A stretch of 64,000 bases of DNA from the IMG/VR virus record IMGVR_UViG_3300010397_000007, positions 5,042 through 69,041 of that record. One strand, 5' to 3'. Of this stretch, positions 49,242 to 58,166 are shown piece after piece. Below the pieces are notes generated by a model. It ran no database searches. It saw nothing but the letters and a program-made list of their open reading frames with translations, and had not been told where the DNA came from. Position 1 is the first letter of the stretch, and each line of letters begins with the position of its first letter. Position numbers and translations under genes: made by a program. Origin of the DNA: a virus.

Positions 49242-49622
49242 TTATCTTGACTTTTTAATCACCTTCTCCGCCTCGTCCATCCAGTCAGCACACTCTTTGA
49301 GGGCCTTCCTTCTCCCCTTAGGGCCAGGATCAAACTGCGCGATACTTTGCTGCCAACGATCCTTCTCATCCTCGCCCCTCCTCGTAGCCCAAGCCTCTGC
49401 TGTGTATACTAGCGTCCCCTTCGAATCGCCCCCTCGCACACTGAACATAACCAGCTCCACGCTGCAACCAAACTTCTCAACCTCCGGAGGAAACGTCGCG
49501 AACCGTCCTTCTCCTGCGTAAACGGGCAGAACGGCTAGAGATGAGAGGAAAAATGCGGTCAAAATGAACTTCTTGAGCATAGTGATTGGGGGCCGGAACA
49601 TAAGAAATCTCCCTACTTCCAC
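49242..49622 (-). CDS. hypothetical exported protein (start possibly MLKKF)
   Basis: Signal-peptide-like segment. Confidence 0.55.
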   Translation of the reverse strand: MEVGRFLMFRPPITMLKKFILTAFFLSSLAVLPVYAGEGRFATFPPEVEKFGCSVELVMFSVRGGDSKGTLVYTAEAWATRRGEDEKDRWQQSIAQFDPGPKGRRKALKECADWMDEAEKVIKKSR

Positions 49623-50262
49623 ATCTTACGCCTACTCGACGATGAATGTGACGCTAGCGTGACGCTAAATTGTTGATCTTATCGATCACTCTCAAGCCCC
49701 TGTGGGACGACTAAATTGGTCGTATATCGGGAAATGGCCTTCGTGTTTCTACGTTAATTCCAATTTCCCCTGGCGGGGTAGAGGGAACTTCGCGTGGAAA
49801 ACGACCGGGGGCCTATCCTGCCCCTCCCCTACTATCGAAAAGCGAAGGCGCGGCGAAGGATGCAAGGCCGGCGGCGGGCGGCGGCGGGGCGCACCGGCGG
49901 GGCTCCGAGTGGGCGGCCATTACCCTCAGACTTTCCCAAGCTTCTCATAGTCCAATAGAATCATAGCTTTACAGGCGAGTAACTTAGGTTGCGTACCTAA
50001 GGTACCGGGGAAACCGGCTCGATTCCGGCTCGATTCCAGCCCGATTAAACGTGGGGAATTATCGTGGGGAATTTTGAGGTGCTATGCGACAATTACCGCA
50101 GGTTAACAGTGTTAAGTGAGGCGACGTTCCATTAGCATCTCTAATCATTTTTCACTAATGTATGAATGAAATTAATGTCTACTAAATTGGTAGACATTCT
50201 TCTGGGCAGAGATGTAGTGCAATTCGAGTGCCATCTATTTTTCGTTAGCTTGACGTTTTAAC

Positions 50263-50291
50263 TTGACGTCTAGTCAACGACTAATTAACGT
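50263..50291 (+). promoter_or_regulatory. early sigma70-like promoter
   Basis: TTGACG-17 nt-TAACGT upstream of the DUF932 gene. Confidence 0.6.
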
Positions 50292-50344
50292 AGGTGCAAG
50301 ACCAGACCGAACTAAACGCGGCTGGCAAAAGGAGAATTAAACAA

Positions 50345-51211
50345 ATGTCATATCTACACGATTTCACAGTAGGCGCAAGAGCTAACAGGATTCAGACTCC
50401 CCTTACCCTTGACATGGTTCGCCAGTATGCACCCTCTGCTTTCGCCACTCACGCTCACGAATCGAGATCTGATCGTTACACCTACATTCCAACGATCAAC
50501 GTTATTGAGGGGATGATTAAGGCGGGTTTTCAACCCTTCTCAGCGTCTCAGTCAAGGTCACGCATTGAGGGGAAAGCAGAGTTTACCAAGCATATGATCC
50601 GCTTTCGCCATATGGACTTGACCTCTCCAATGGTAGTTGGGGACATTATTCCCGAAGTTGTGCTCGTTAACTCTCACGATGGCACGAGCGCTTACAAGCT
50701 CATTGCTGGCATGTTCCGCCTAGTCTGTTCGAACGGTCTCATGGTGGCGGACTCAACGACGGCGAGCGTCTCAGTCATGCACAAGGGGAACATTGTGGCG
50801 GATGTCATTGACGCGTCGAATGGGATCATTACTAGCTCACAGAAAGCTTTGAATGCCGCTAGCGCGTGGTCTAATCTGCAACTGACAGACGGTGAGCAGA
50901 GTGCTTTTGCTGAGGCTGCTCATACGGTGAGGTTTGCTGATGCTGAAGGGAAAGTTACGACGCCAATCACTGCGGCTCAATTGCTTCGTCCACGGCGCTC
51001 TGATGATAATGGGGCTGATCTTTGGAAAACTTTTAATCGCGTGCAAGAGAATGTTATTAAAGGCGGATTGCATGGTATACAACGTGATGCCAATGGCCGC
51101 CGGTTACGCGCTGTCAGCACAAGGCAGGTTAAGGGAATCGATCAGGATGTGAAATTGAATCGCGCCCTGTGGACTCTGGCGGAGCGTATGGCAGAGCTTA
51201 AGGCAGCGTAA
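50345..51211 (+). CDS. DUF932/DUF945-family protein (start MSYLH)
   Basis: HESRSDRY.YIPT, KHMIRFR, NSHDGTSAY.L.AG.FRLVC.NG, RR.DD...DLW..FNRVQEN, LNRALW; AGGAG RBS. Confidence 0.9.
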   Translation: MSYLHDFTVGARANRIQTPLTLDMVRQYAPSAFATHAHESRSDRYTYIPTINVIEGMIKAGFQPFSASQSRSRIEGKAEFTKHMIRFRHMDLTSPMVVGDIIPEVVLVNSHDGTSAYKLIAGMFRLVCSNGLMVADSTTASVSVMHKGNIVADVIDASNGIITSSQKALNAASAWSNLQLTDGEQSAFAEAAHTVRFADAEGKVTTPITAAQLLRPRRSDDNGADLWKTFNRVQENVIKGGLHGIQRDANGRRLRAVSTRQVKGIDQDVKLNRALWTLAERMAELKAA

Positions 51212-51212
51212 A

Positions 51213-51268
51213 AGTCGAAACGTGGCCTAATTGCCACGTCTCAGCGTTAGGCGCTGACTGATGAGACT
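51213..51268 (+). ncRNA. type II hammerhead ribozyme 1 (predicted cleavage after GUC at 51240)
   Basis: AGTC-GAAA-CGTGGC ctaatt GCCACG-TC-TCAGCG ttagg CGCTGA-CTGATGA-GACT; full catalytic core and three stems. Confidence 0.9.
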
Positions 51269-51284
51269 AAAGGGAGGTTTTCTG

Positions 51285-51536
51285 ATGACTAACTTTCAAA
51301 AGTTCTGCACAAGCTGTATCGATTGTGGGGGCTCGACGTCTAAGAGTTTCGCTCGGAGTAATGGCGGAAAGTGCAAGACTTGCGTTACGGGTGTTGAGCA
51401 ACCGAAGCGCGGGCCAAAGTGTCCGCAGTGTGGGGCTCCAATCTCTGCTTACAAAGCAGCACACGGTTACGTGTGTGAGGGTTGCTTTCGTGACAATGAT
51501 CCTGTTGGCTATGCCAATGAGCTTAGGGGATTCTAA
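51285..51536 (+). CDS. small multi-Zn-ribbon protein (start MTNFQ)
   Basis: GGAGG RBS; four CxxC pairs. Confidence 0.75.
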   Translation: MTNFQKFCTSCIDCGGSTSKSFARSNGGKCKTCVTGVEQPKRGPKCPQCGAPISAYKAAHGYVCEGCFRDNDPVGYANELRGF

Positions 51537-51590
51537 AGTCGAAACTCGGAGCAATCCGAGTCCTAGCATTACGTGCTAGCTGATGAGACT
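51537..51590 (+). ncRNA. type II hammerhead ribozyme 2 (predicted cleavage after GUC at 51562)
   Basis: AGTC-GAAA-CTCGGA gcaa TCCGAG-TC-CTAGCA ttacg TGCTAG-CTGATGA-GACT; stems covary relative to copy 1. Confidence 0.9.
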
Positions 51591-51637
51591 AGATCTCCTA
51601 GATCATTTGAGAGACAATTTGAAAATGGAGTGCCAAT

Positions 51638-51757
51638 ATGCGCAAGATTGCAAAAGATGTCGCAAAGGATGAGCTTGATTCGCTCAAAGACCAATTGCAC
51701 GCACTAGGATTCTCAAAACGTGCGATTAGTGCCGCGTTTAGGGAGGTGCAACTGTGA
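51638..51757 (+). CDS. 39-aa hypothetical protein
   Basis: GGAG RBS; MRKIAKDVAKDELDSLKDQLHALGFSKRAI... Confidence 0.5.
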   Translation: MRKIAKDVAKDELDSLKDQLHALGFSKRAISAAFREVQL

Positions 51758-52005
51758 TGACACTAAACGGTAATCGATACAGTGCCAAGGAGGGTAGGTT
51801 CGGGACTGTGCTTATTCTCCGTAAAAGTGACATGGCCACCGTATTCCTGCAAGGTGACGATGCTATCGAGTTTTTAGACAATCACAAGATACTTGACGCA
51901 ATGGAGTATCCTTGCGGCCCATTTAAGACTTTGGCCGAACATGTGGACGCTTGCCTTGATCAGTATGACGTTGTAATGCAGAACGGAATCGGAGGTGCAC
52001 TCTAA
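51754..52005 (+). CDS. early hypothetical protein
   Basis: GGAGG RBS; VFLQGDDA motif. Confidence 0.7.
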   Translation: MMTLNGNRYSAKEGRFGTVLILRKSDMATVFLQGDDAIEFLDNHKILDAMEYPCGPFKTLAEHVDACLDQYDVVMQNGIGGAL

Positions 52006-52286
52006 TGCAAGCCTATAGCAACCCAAAAAGAAAAGATGATCCTTACGCTTTACCCGACTTGGAAATTTTCTACCACGAACATGCTAAACGTGAACGTTGC
52101 ATGTTGAATGCTGGCCATAAGGCGGAACTTTATGGCGAATGCATTCTTGACGATGAGGGAGATTGCTTAGGTACAGGATGGTACTGGCAATCTTGCTTTC
52201 CAGGTTGCTTGCCTGATAGTGAACCAATGGGCCCGTACTTAACTGAGAAGGATGCGCTAATTGCTACGGCAGCCTATATCTTGTAA
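52005..52286 (+). CDS. early hypothetical protein
   Basis: GWYWQSCFPGCLPDSEPMGP motif recurrent in phage early genes. Confidence 0.75.
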   Translation: MQAYSNPKRKDDPYALPDLEIFYHEHAKRERCMLNAGHKAELYGECILDDEGDCLGTGWYWQSCFPGCLPDSEPMGPYLTEKDALIATAAYIL

Positions 52287-52400
52287 TCGCCGTCTCGGAA
52301 TGTCGAACAAGGCAGCCAAAGAAGCAAGTACGGTGTTTGTACCGTTCAAAGCAGAGTAAAAACCAAATGTACAGATGTGAATAAAAAAGGAGAAAACTTT

Positions 52401-52700
52401 ATGTTTTACAACGTGATTCGTTGGCCAAATGCACAAGGGGAATGGTGGTTGGTCGCTGAGACGGGCAAAGATGGCAGCTACACGCCATTGCTTGAAATCA
52501 AAGGCACCACGGGCAAATGTACAGAGCCTACTTATCCTAATCAACTCTGGCAAGCAGCCAAGCTGTTAGTTGATAAAGGGATTGAAGCTGTTAACAATCC
52601 ACACGCCATGACCGGCGAAATATGCGGATGCAACGATTGCTTTTGCTGCGCAGCGAATAAAGTTTACCAAGCTGCCAAGTCTGTCGAGGTGAGCGCATGA
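52401..52700 (+). CDS. early hypothetical protein (start MFYNV)
   Basis: AAGGAG RBS; CGCNDCFCC. Confidence 0.7.
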   Translation: MFYNVIRWPNAQGEWWLVAETGKDGSYTPLLEIKGTTGKCTEPTYPNQLWQAAKLLVDKGIEAVNNPHAMTGEICGCNDCFCCAANKVYQAAKSVEVSA

Positions 52701-53059
52701 GGCCACAATTTGACGAACGTGACACACAAATACTTGCAGAAAGGGAATCAGCATTTAATCAACATCATGGCCCTAGAGTGGGAGATTTCCTTCGTACGCA
52801 AGACGGTCTATTACGTTTTACCCATGACTGGGATGATTCACTCCAAACCACATGCAAGCAGTTCGGGAACGGTTCGTTCTATCTCGGTAAGGGATATGCG
52901 TCCTATAGCGGAGCACTTGACAGTGCAATCCTCAAGACTAAATTGCGTGACACTGGCATGACTGAACTAGGTGCATTTTGGTTCTTTCACCATGACTATT
53001 GCACAGCGCATAACGGGGTAGAGTGCAAATTTCCCTGTCGCGTTTATGAGATCGCATAA
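52697..53059 (+). CDS. hypothetical protein of mobile-element leading-region type
   Basis: GPRVGDF, RFTHDW, GSFYL, SGALD, FWFFHH, CRVY. Confidence 0.75.
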   Translation: MRPQFDERDTQILAERESAFNQHHGPRVGDFLRTQDGLLRFTHDWDDSLQTTCKQFGNGSFYLGKGYASYSGALDSAILKTKLRDTGMTELGAFWFFHHDYCTAHNGVECKFPCRVYEIA

Positions 53060-53369
53060 CAAACCCTAATACACGTTAACGCCCTAGCGTCTTAGACGCG
53101 TGAACGTGGCAAGGGACACATTTTGGACCCGAGGGGCTAGAATCGCCTCCTGGCGCAATTAAACGCTATCCTGGCGAGGGTCTTTGCCTATTGCCATGGC
53201 CGAAGGGGTTTGACAGGCTAATTTGACGTTTAAGCAATCAACAGCGGCTCTGCTAGTTTACGTTTTGACGCTTTTGCATACCGTAGGTATACATTTAGGA
53301 GACCTTTTTTATGAGATTTAACTTGACAACGGAACGAATGGGCGATATTTCTTATGTCGCCTTGAATGT

Positions 53370-53804
53370 ATGGGCAATTTTGGCGCTGCTTTTAGTCGCC
53401 TACGTGCCGAAATGACATCCACCATGAGTAAACGCGAGCTTGACGTTCTTGAGGCGATCGGACAGGGAAGATCGAATGTTCAGATTGCTGAAGAGTTAAA
53501 CATGACTATTGACACAGTCAACAAGCATATCAAGAGTCTCAAGGCAAAGACAGGGCGAAGGACGTTGATTGCCCTTGCTAATCATGTCAGGGGGGAGGAG
53601 TTTGAGCCGGCGCATCCTGCCCTCAGCCCTCGTGAGCAATGGATCGCCGCCCTCATAGTGGCTGATGGAACGAATAAGGAGATTGCGGAGGCTTCGAACA
53701 TTAGCCCACAGACGGTTAAGAATCATCTGACCAATATGTTTAACAAGTTAGGGGTGTGGTCAAGGTTGGAGCTGGTGACGAGGTTGAGAACAACCAATAA
53801 TTAA
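53370..53804 (+). CDS. tandem double LuxR-type HTH regulator (start possibly MSKRE at 53424)
   Basis: SKRELDVL..IGQG.SN.QIA.EL....TV..H and LSPRE...G.NKEIA...IS.QTVKNHL..MF.KLGV.SR.EL. Confidence 0.85.
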   Translation: MGNFGAAFSRLRAEMTSTMSKRELDVLEAIGQGRSNVQIAEELNMTIDTVNKHIKSLKAKTGRRTLIALANHVRGEEFEPAHPALSPREQWIAALIVADGTNKEIAEASNISPQTVKNHLTNMFNKLGVWSRLELVTRLRTTNN

Positions 53805-53818
53805 TCAAAGGAGACGCT

Positions 53819-53983
53819 ATGGACTACAAATACGCTACGTCAGAGTGTTACGATTTCATTGCACGTAAGAGGGGATGGGAGACGGCGAGGCAGCCTCTCT
53901 TTGAACGTTACCCTATTCTCTATGGAGTCATTGCGGCTCTGCTGGGATGGGCTCTCATCGTTGCACCGTTCTTATGGTCTTAA
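53819..53983 (+). CDS. 54-aa membrane protein
   Basis: AAGGAG RBS; C-terminal TM helix. Confidence 0.6.
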   Translation: MDYKYATSECYDFIARKRGWETARQPLFERYPILYGVIAALLGWALIVAPFLWS

Positions 53984-54228
53984 GGTTAGCAAAGTTCTTT
54001 GGAGCCTGCCGGCATAGACGCTACTCCTGGCCTCACGCTGTCGCGGTGACTGTGGAAGGCGAGGAGTTAAGGATTGCGTATGTTGCTTGCCTAAGCTGTG
54101 GGGCTGAGCTGCTTTACGATTTAGAGGAGATGAAGGTTGGAGGAACTCTTGACATCAGAGGAAGAAGTATATCTAAGAAAGCGCGGCTGGAAGCAAGCGG
54201 AGACGTTAAGCCCCTATCGCTGGTATGA
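53974..54228 (+). CDS. small Zn-binding protein of a type I associate with Acidobacteria
   Basis: FG.C.H..YSWP...YVACL.CG.EL.YD...MK. Confidence 0.65.
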   Translation: MVLRLAKFFGACRHRRYSWPHAVAVTVEGEELRIAYVACLSCGAELLYDLEEMKVGGTLDIRGRSISKKARLEASGDVKPLSLV

Positions 54229-54455
54229 CACTAAGTATCCCGGCGCTTACTACAGGCTGAGGGATGCCCTCGATGTTGCTAGGGGCTTGGAGAAGGAGCG
54301 CTCAGGCGGAGCGCATCAGACAGCGCCCCGACTGAAACCCAAGTTACGCTTGGGGAGGGCAGACTTGGGCTAAATGGACAATACGGACAGGGTAAGACCT
54401 TTGTCAAATCTCAGATGGTACTTATTGATTAAGGCGCATTGAATTAGGAGCAATC

Positions 54456-54659
54456 ATGGAAAGAATTAGCATCAAGGAGCACCTTGAAACCCTCGATCAC
54501 GAGAATGCTGAGGCTTATGCCCGTGGGCTCGCAGAGGGTGTGAAGCAGGAAGCTGCAAGGCAGAAGAAGGCGGACGATTGGATTTGTAGGGAGAGGGAGA
54601 AGGAGTTACTTCAGGCTCTAGAGATTGTGGTTAACGTAGCCTTGGAGAGGATCAGGTGA
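54456..54659 (+). CDS. hypothetical protein
   Basis: AGGAG RBS. Confidence 0.7.
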   Translation: MERISIKEHLETLDHENAEAYARGLAEGVKQEAARQKKADDWICREREKELLQALEIVVNVALERIR

Positions 54660-54883
54660 CCCCTCGCCTTATGGCTATCGCGCCCTTCGCTATGCTCATC
54701 CTCTTCGCTCTCGTTGGGCTAGCGATTAAGCCCCCTGTACCGCCGGCTCCGCTATTACGTAAGCCCACCATAATGTGGGTTGAACCTCTAGACATTGAAC
54801 CCTTCATCGCGCCTCCCAAGGTTAAATGTGGCTGGCGCACGCGCACGCAGCAGACACAGTATTGCCTAACACAATTTATTTAG
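54656..54883 (+). CDS. hypothetical membrane protein
   Basis: N-terminal TM helix, GTGA overlap. Confidence 0.55.
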   Translation: MTPRLMAIAPFAMLILFALVGLAIKPPVPPAPLLRKPTIMWVEPLDIEPFIAPPKVKCGWRTRTQQTQYCLTQFI

Positions 54884-55242
54884 GAGCCCCCTACCCATGA
54901 AAACGAAGATTGAAGAAGAATTAAAGCAACTTGATAAGCAAGGCGACGCGGCGGATATTAGACAGCTTACCCAACTGTCCATTGCGAAGGCCCTATGGAC
55001 GATCGCGTTACTACTAAGTGAATATTCTTTGCAGAGTTCGTAAAGTTAGGTAAAGAGCCCTAGCAGTTAAGTTGCTATTCCCCTAGCACTTTATTGCCAT
55101 TGTCCAACGGTCACAGATAACTATAAGGTAGCCCCCAACATGTCCAAGGCCCGCTCGTCTCGCTCAGGTTGTAAGTTGATTTATACCGAAGGATGTAAAT
55201 GTGGGAGCCTGAAGAGGTTCGGCTCCCGATGCCCTAAGTGCT

Positions 55243-55605
55243 CTAAGCCCGCTTCCTTGCCGGCGCGCGCCCCACATTCGGCGGCTCATAAGATACCGAT
55301 AGACACCAAGAATTCTCAGTCGGCTGGTTAGTCTTGTAAAGCTCGACGACGTAGTCTGACTCTAGATGGGCGTCAGCCAGGAGTGTCTTCATTTTGTCCC
55401 GCGCTATGCGCCCGACGTTCTTACGATTGATCCTCTTCGCATCCTCTGGCGTGAAGACAATCCAGACATCCTCTTGCGGCTTCATCGTCGAGCTAAAGAC
55501 TTTTGCTCGTAAGTTAAGCCACTCCTGATGCACGTCTAAAACGTCTTTCGACCGTCTCCCGGCCTGCTTGGGTCGGTCATCCTTACTGCCGAATCCGAAT
55601 TGCAT
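55243..55605 (-). CDS. hypothetical protein (possible DNA-binding regulator)
   Basis: Basic 120-aa ORF on the minus strand with a GGGGA RBS. Confidence 0.65.
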   Translation of the reverse strand: MQFGFGSKDDRPKQAGRRSKDVLDVHQEWLNLRAKVFSSTMKPQEDVWIVFTPEDAKRINRKNVGRIARDKMKTLLADAHLESDYVVELYKTNQPTENSWCLSVSYEPPNVGRAPARKRA

Positions 55606-55880
55606 AAGCTTATCCCCAATCCCCTTTAGTTAAGGGGAGGCAAGATTAGCAGAGGAGAAAGGACTTGACAAGAAGAAAATGTAGGTATAGGGGGTGGGGA
55701 AAAGCTGTATTACCAAAGTATTACGTCGAAAGGGCAAAAATTGATAGTGAACCGTTTCAATAGTTTACGAAAGACGAACAAGCCATATTATAGATAGATT
55801 TTAGGGGAGGGAGGGTACTTTTTAGGTCAAATTGCCACCTATCCCACGTCCCCTCAATATCTTAGGGGCAAAAACGCACT

Positions 55881-56027
55881 GGGATACTAATGAGACTAAT
55901 CTCAAAAAAGGGGATTAGTATCCCACCCCTAAAACAAGAGCTAACTTATTGATTATATATATATTAAATATAGAAAAGGACATCCATTCCCCCCTCCCTC
56001 CCCCCGCCCTGGCTAGGGATACTAATC
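55881..56027. repeat. putative replication origin: three GGGATACTAAT iterons around an AT-rich core
   Basis: 55881-55891 (+), 55914-55924 (-), 56016-56026 (+); TTATTGATTATATATATATTAAATATAGAAAA at about 55946-55977. Confidence 0.6.
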
Positions 56028-56031
56028 AGGA

Positions 56032-57000
56032 CTAAAGGAGACGAAGGTAGCGGGTGTCCTTGAAGGTGCCTTGCTTCTCCATTAATTTTGCGGTTACTGC
56101 TGTTTTGAGGAGATCGCTGGTGAAACGGCGGCTCTTTCCGCAAAGCTTCATTGCTTCGGAGAATGTGAGAGGTTGGTTGAGGGGAAATTTGAGGATTAAT
56201 TCCTTTTGAAGTTTCGTTAGGAGTTCGACTCCGGTAAGAGGTTTGTAAGCGATCGGTAAGCCTGTGTACTCGTCAAAGATTCGCTCTAGTCTCCATGGGC
56301 CAATATCGCCAAAGCCTCGACGTGCTGCACGGACTACTACCTGATCCTCTTTATGGGAGTTCTCGAACCCGATACGGATGTCAGATTGGTTGGTTAGCGC
56401 GAGGGAACCGGAAACGTTTTGCATCCAAGTGAGGACTGGAGTAGAGAGGTCTTCGAGTGGCGCTCGTGGAGCTTCTTCGTTATCTTTACGGAGATGATGA
56501 AGGAAGATTGTTGTTGCGCCGTATTTGCCTAATTGTTTCATCCACGTCATACGTAAGGCTGCGGCATGGGACTCGGTCTCGGCCTTGGGATCCATGTAGC
56601 GCAAGGTATCGATTACGATGAGCTTTGGTGAGTAGAGTTTTGCGTCAGCTACTATTTGATCCGCTGTGGGAAATTCCAGCCGGCGTAAGTTTTCAGGAAT
56701 ACCAGGGAGACCGATGGCTCCAGATATTTCACCACACTTAATATAGAACTCACGAAGATTGTTCTCATAGTCCGCATAGAGCACTGTGCCGGGGCTGATG
56801 TTGAAGCCTAGAAAAGGGATTCCAGCGGCAATACAAATACTGAGTTGCATGGCGTAGGGTGTTTTGCCTTGACCACTATCGCCAGCAAGGAGGCAGAGAC
56901 TTTGTGAGGGGATGAAGTCTTCGACGAGATAGGAGATTCTATCTAGTTTGTCGATAGCTTGACTAACTTCTGACGGAGAAAGAGAGTAGGATTTTGACAT
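56032..57000 (-). CDS. RepA-like (AAA_25, RecA/DnaB-type) replicative helicase with C-terminal wHTH
   Basis: YLVEDFIP, LLAGDSGQGKT, VLYADYEN, LIVIDTL, FLHHLRK, GSLAL. Confidence 0.85.
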   Translation of the reverse strand: MSKSYSLSPSEVSQAIDKLDRISYLVEDFIPSQSLCLLAGDSGQGKTPYAMQLSICIAAGIPFLGFNISPGTVLYADYENNLREFYIKCGEISGAIGLPGIPENLRRLEFPTADQIVADAKLYSPKLIVIDTLRYMDPKAETESHAAALRMTWMKQLGKYGATTIFLHHLRKDNEEAPRAPLEDLSTPVLTWMQNVSGSLALTNQSDIRIGFENSHKEDQVVVRAARRGFGDIGPWRLERIFDEYTGLPIAYKPLTGVELLTKLQKELILKFPLNQPLTFSEAMKLCGKSRRFTSDLLKTAVTAKLMEKQGTFKDTRYLRLL

Positions 57001-57139
57001 TTCTGAGCCATTTGGAAGGCCTACCAGGGCTCAGTCTGGTAAGCCTCCCGAGGTTTAACGCGCACGAGCAAGACGATTGTATCACACGTTATTGGCGCTT
57101 TAGTAAACAGTAAATGTAGCTATATGCTGACGATTTTAC

Positions 57140-57168
57140 TTGACAATGCTTGGTGACGGCGTTAGATT
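57140..57168 (+). promoter_or_regulatory. sigma70-like promoter
   Basis: TTGACA-17 nt-TAGATT, divergent from the helicase gene. Confidence 0.65.
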
Positions 57169-57189
57169 GCGAACTCAGGGAGGATCCAA

Positions 57190-57597
57190 ATGAAATTCAA
57201 AGAAGCGAAGGGGCATATCAGGAGTTTCATGCAAGCGCATTACACCGATGAACGGTTGGCGATGTTGCTGGCACATGCACAGAGTGGAAGGTTAGCGTTC
57301 GATTCTTGCTGCTGCTTTATTGGCGTTCCTAACGCTCCCCATGCGCTATGCGGCAATAAAGAACGTGGGCCTATTGATCCAATTCATCATCGGAACGTTC
57401 CAATTAAATTGGAAGAGGAATACTACAAGGCAGAAAATGCTTTCCTGCACTTGGAGACAAAACATTGGAAAGCATCAGACGGCGACTCCATACGCCGCCG
57501 CATTCTCATTCCCATGATTAAGGCGGAGATGAAGAGGCGGGAGCGGGTGAAATTTGTTGAAGAGTATAAGGCGGAATTGGCACTGGTTACTACGTAG
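57190..57597 (+). CDS. hypothetical protein
   Basis: GGAGG RBS. Confidence 0.75.
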   Translation: MKFKEAKGHIRSFMQAHYTDERLAMLLAHAQSGRLAFDSCCCFIGVPNAPHALCGNKERGPIDPIHHRNVPIKLEEEYYKAENAFLHLETKHWKASDGDSIRRRILIPMIKAEMKRRERVKFVEEYKAELALVTT

Positions 57598-57612
57598 AGG
57601 CTAGGGACGATG

Positions 57613-57639
57613 AGCGCTCCGCGCTAAAACCTCACAGAA
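57613..57639 (+). repeat. Hairpin-CTCACA element copy 12
   Basis: AGCGC-TCC-GCGCT aaaac CTCACA GAA. Confidence 0.9.
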
Positions 57640-57655
57640 GAAGGGGAGACTTGAG

Positions 57656-58054
57656 ATGAGATTAAGCGAAGCAATTCGATTGAACGGAATGACGTTGCCG
57701 CAGGGGTTTGGTGCGGACTCTGTCGTTAATCCTAATGCCCCTTGTGCCATTGGTGGAGCATTGCTTGCCGTTGGGAAAGATCTTACCGCGCTCGATTGGA
57801 TGATGTACGGAGAGAACAACGTGTATAGCGTTTTTCGTCTAGAGTGGCCATGGATCGCATCTGTACGACCCGTCATGTGCCCCGCGTGCTCTGAAGCTCG
57901 CGGCGGAGTGGACTATGTAATCTTCCATCTGAATGATGGACATAGATGGACACGTAATCAGATAGCCGACTGGGTTGCCTCGATAGAACCTCTCGACATT
58001 GAGGTTGAGGCTGTGGATCAAGATGAACTCCTTCTCTGTGAGAAGGCACGATGA
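57656..58054 (+). CDS. conserved phage hypothetical protein
   Basis: MRLSEAIRL, CAIGGA, HLND.H.WTR.QIADWV. Confidence 0.75.
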   Translation: MRLSEAIRLNGMTLPQGFGADSVVNPNAPCAIGGALLAVGKDLTALDWMMYGENNVYSVFRLEWPWIASVRPVMCPACSEARGGVDYVIFHLNDGHRWTRNQIADWVASIEPLDIEVEAVDQDELLLCEKAR

Positions 58055-58166
58055 ACAAACTATGGTGCTGGCTGTTTTGGCATAGTTATTACTCAATGGT
58101 CACGTCGGGCGCGTTCGCTTGGCTTGCCTGTTCAAGATGCGGGCGGATTGTGAGGAAGAACCTCTA

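Noticed and set aside
52287-52400. Twister-like ribozyme (AAGGCAGCC...CGG-loop-CCG...GCAGAGT)
   Set aside because: Some words resemble twister, but the loop needed for the pseudoknots and the P1/P2 pairing do not fit by eye. An Infernal scan would settle it.
55888-55897. Third hammerhead near CTAATGAGAC
   Set aside because: The core is CUAAUGA with no matching GAAA or stems; the sequence belongs to the iteron region.
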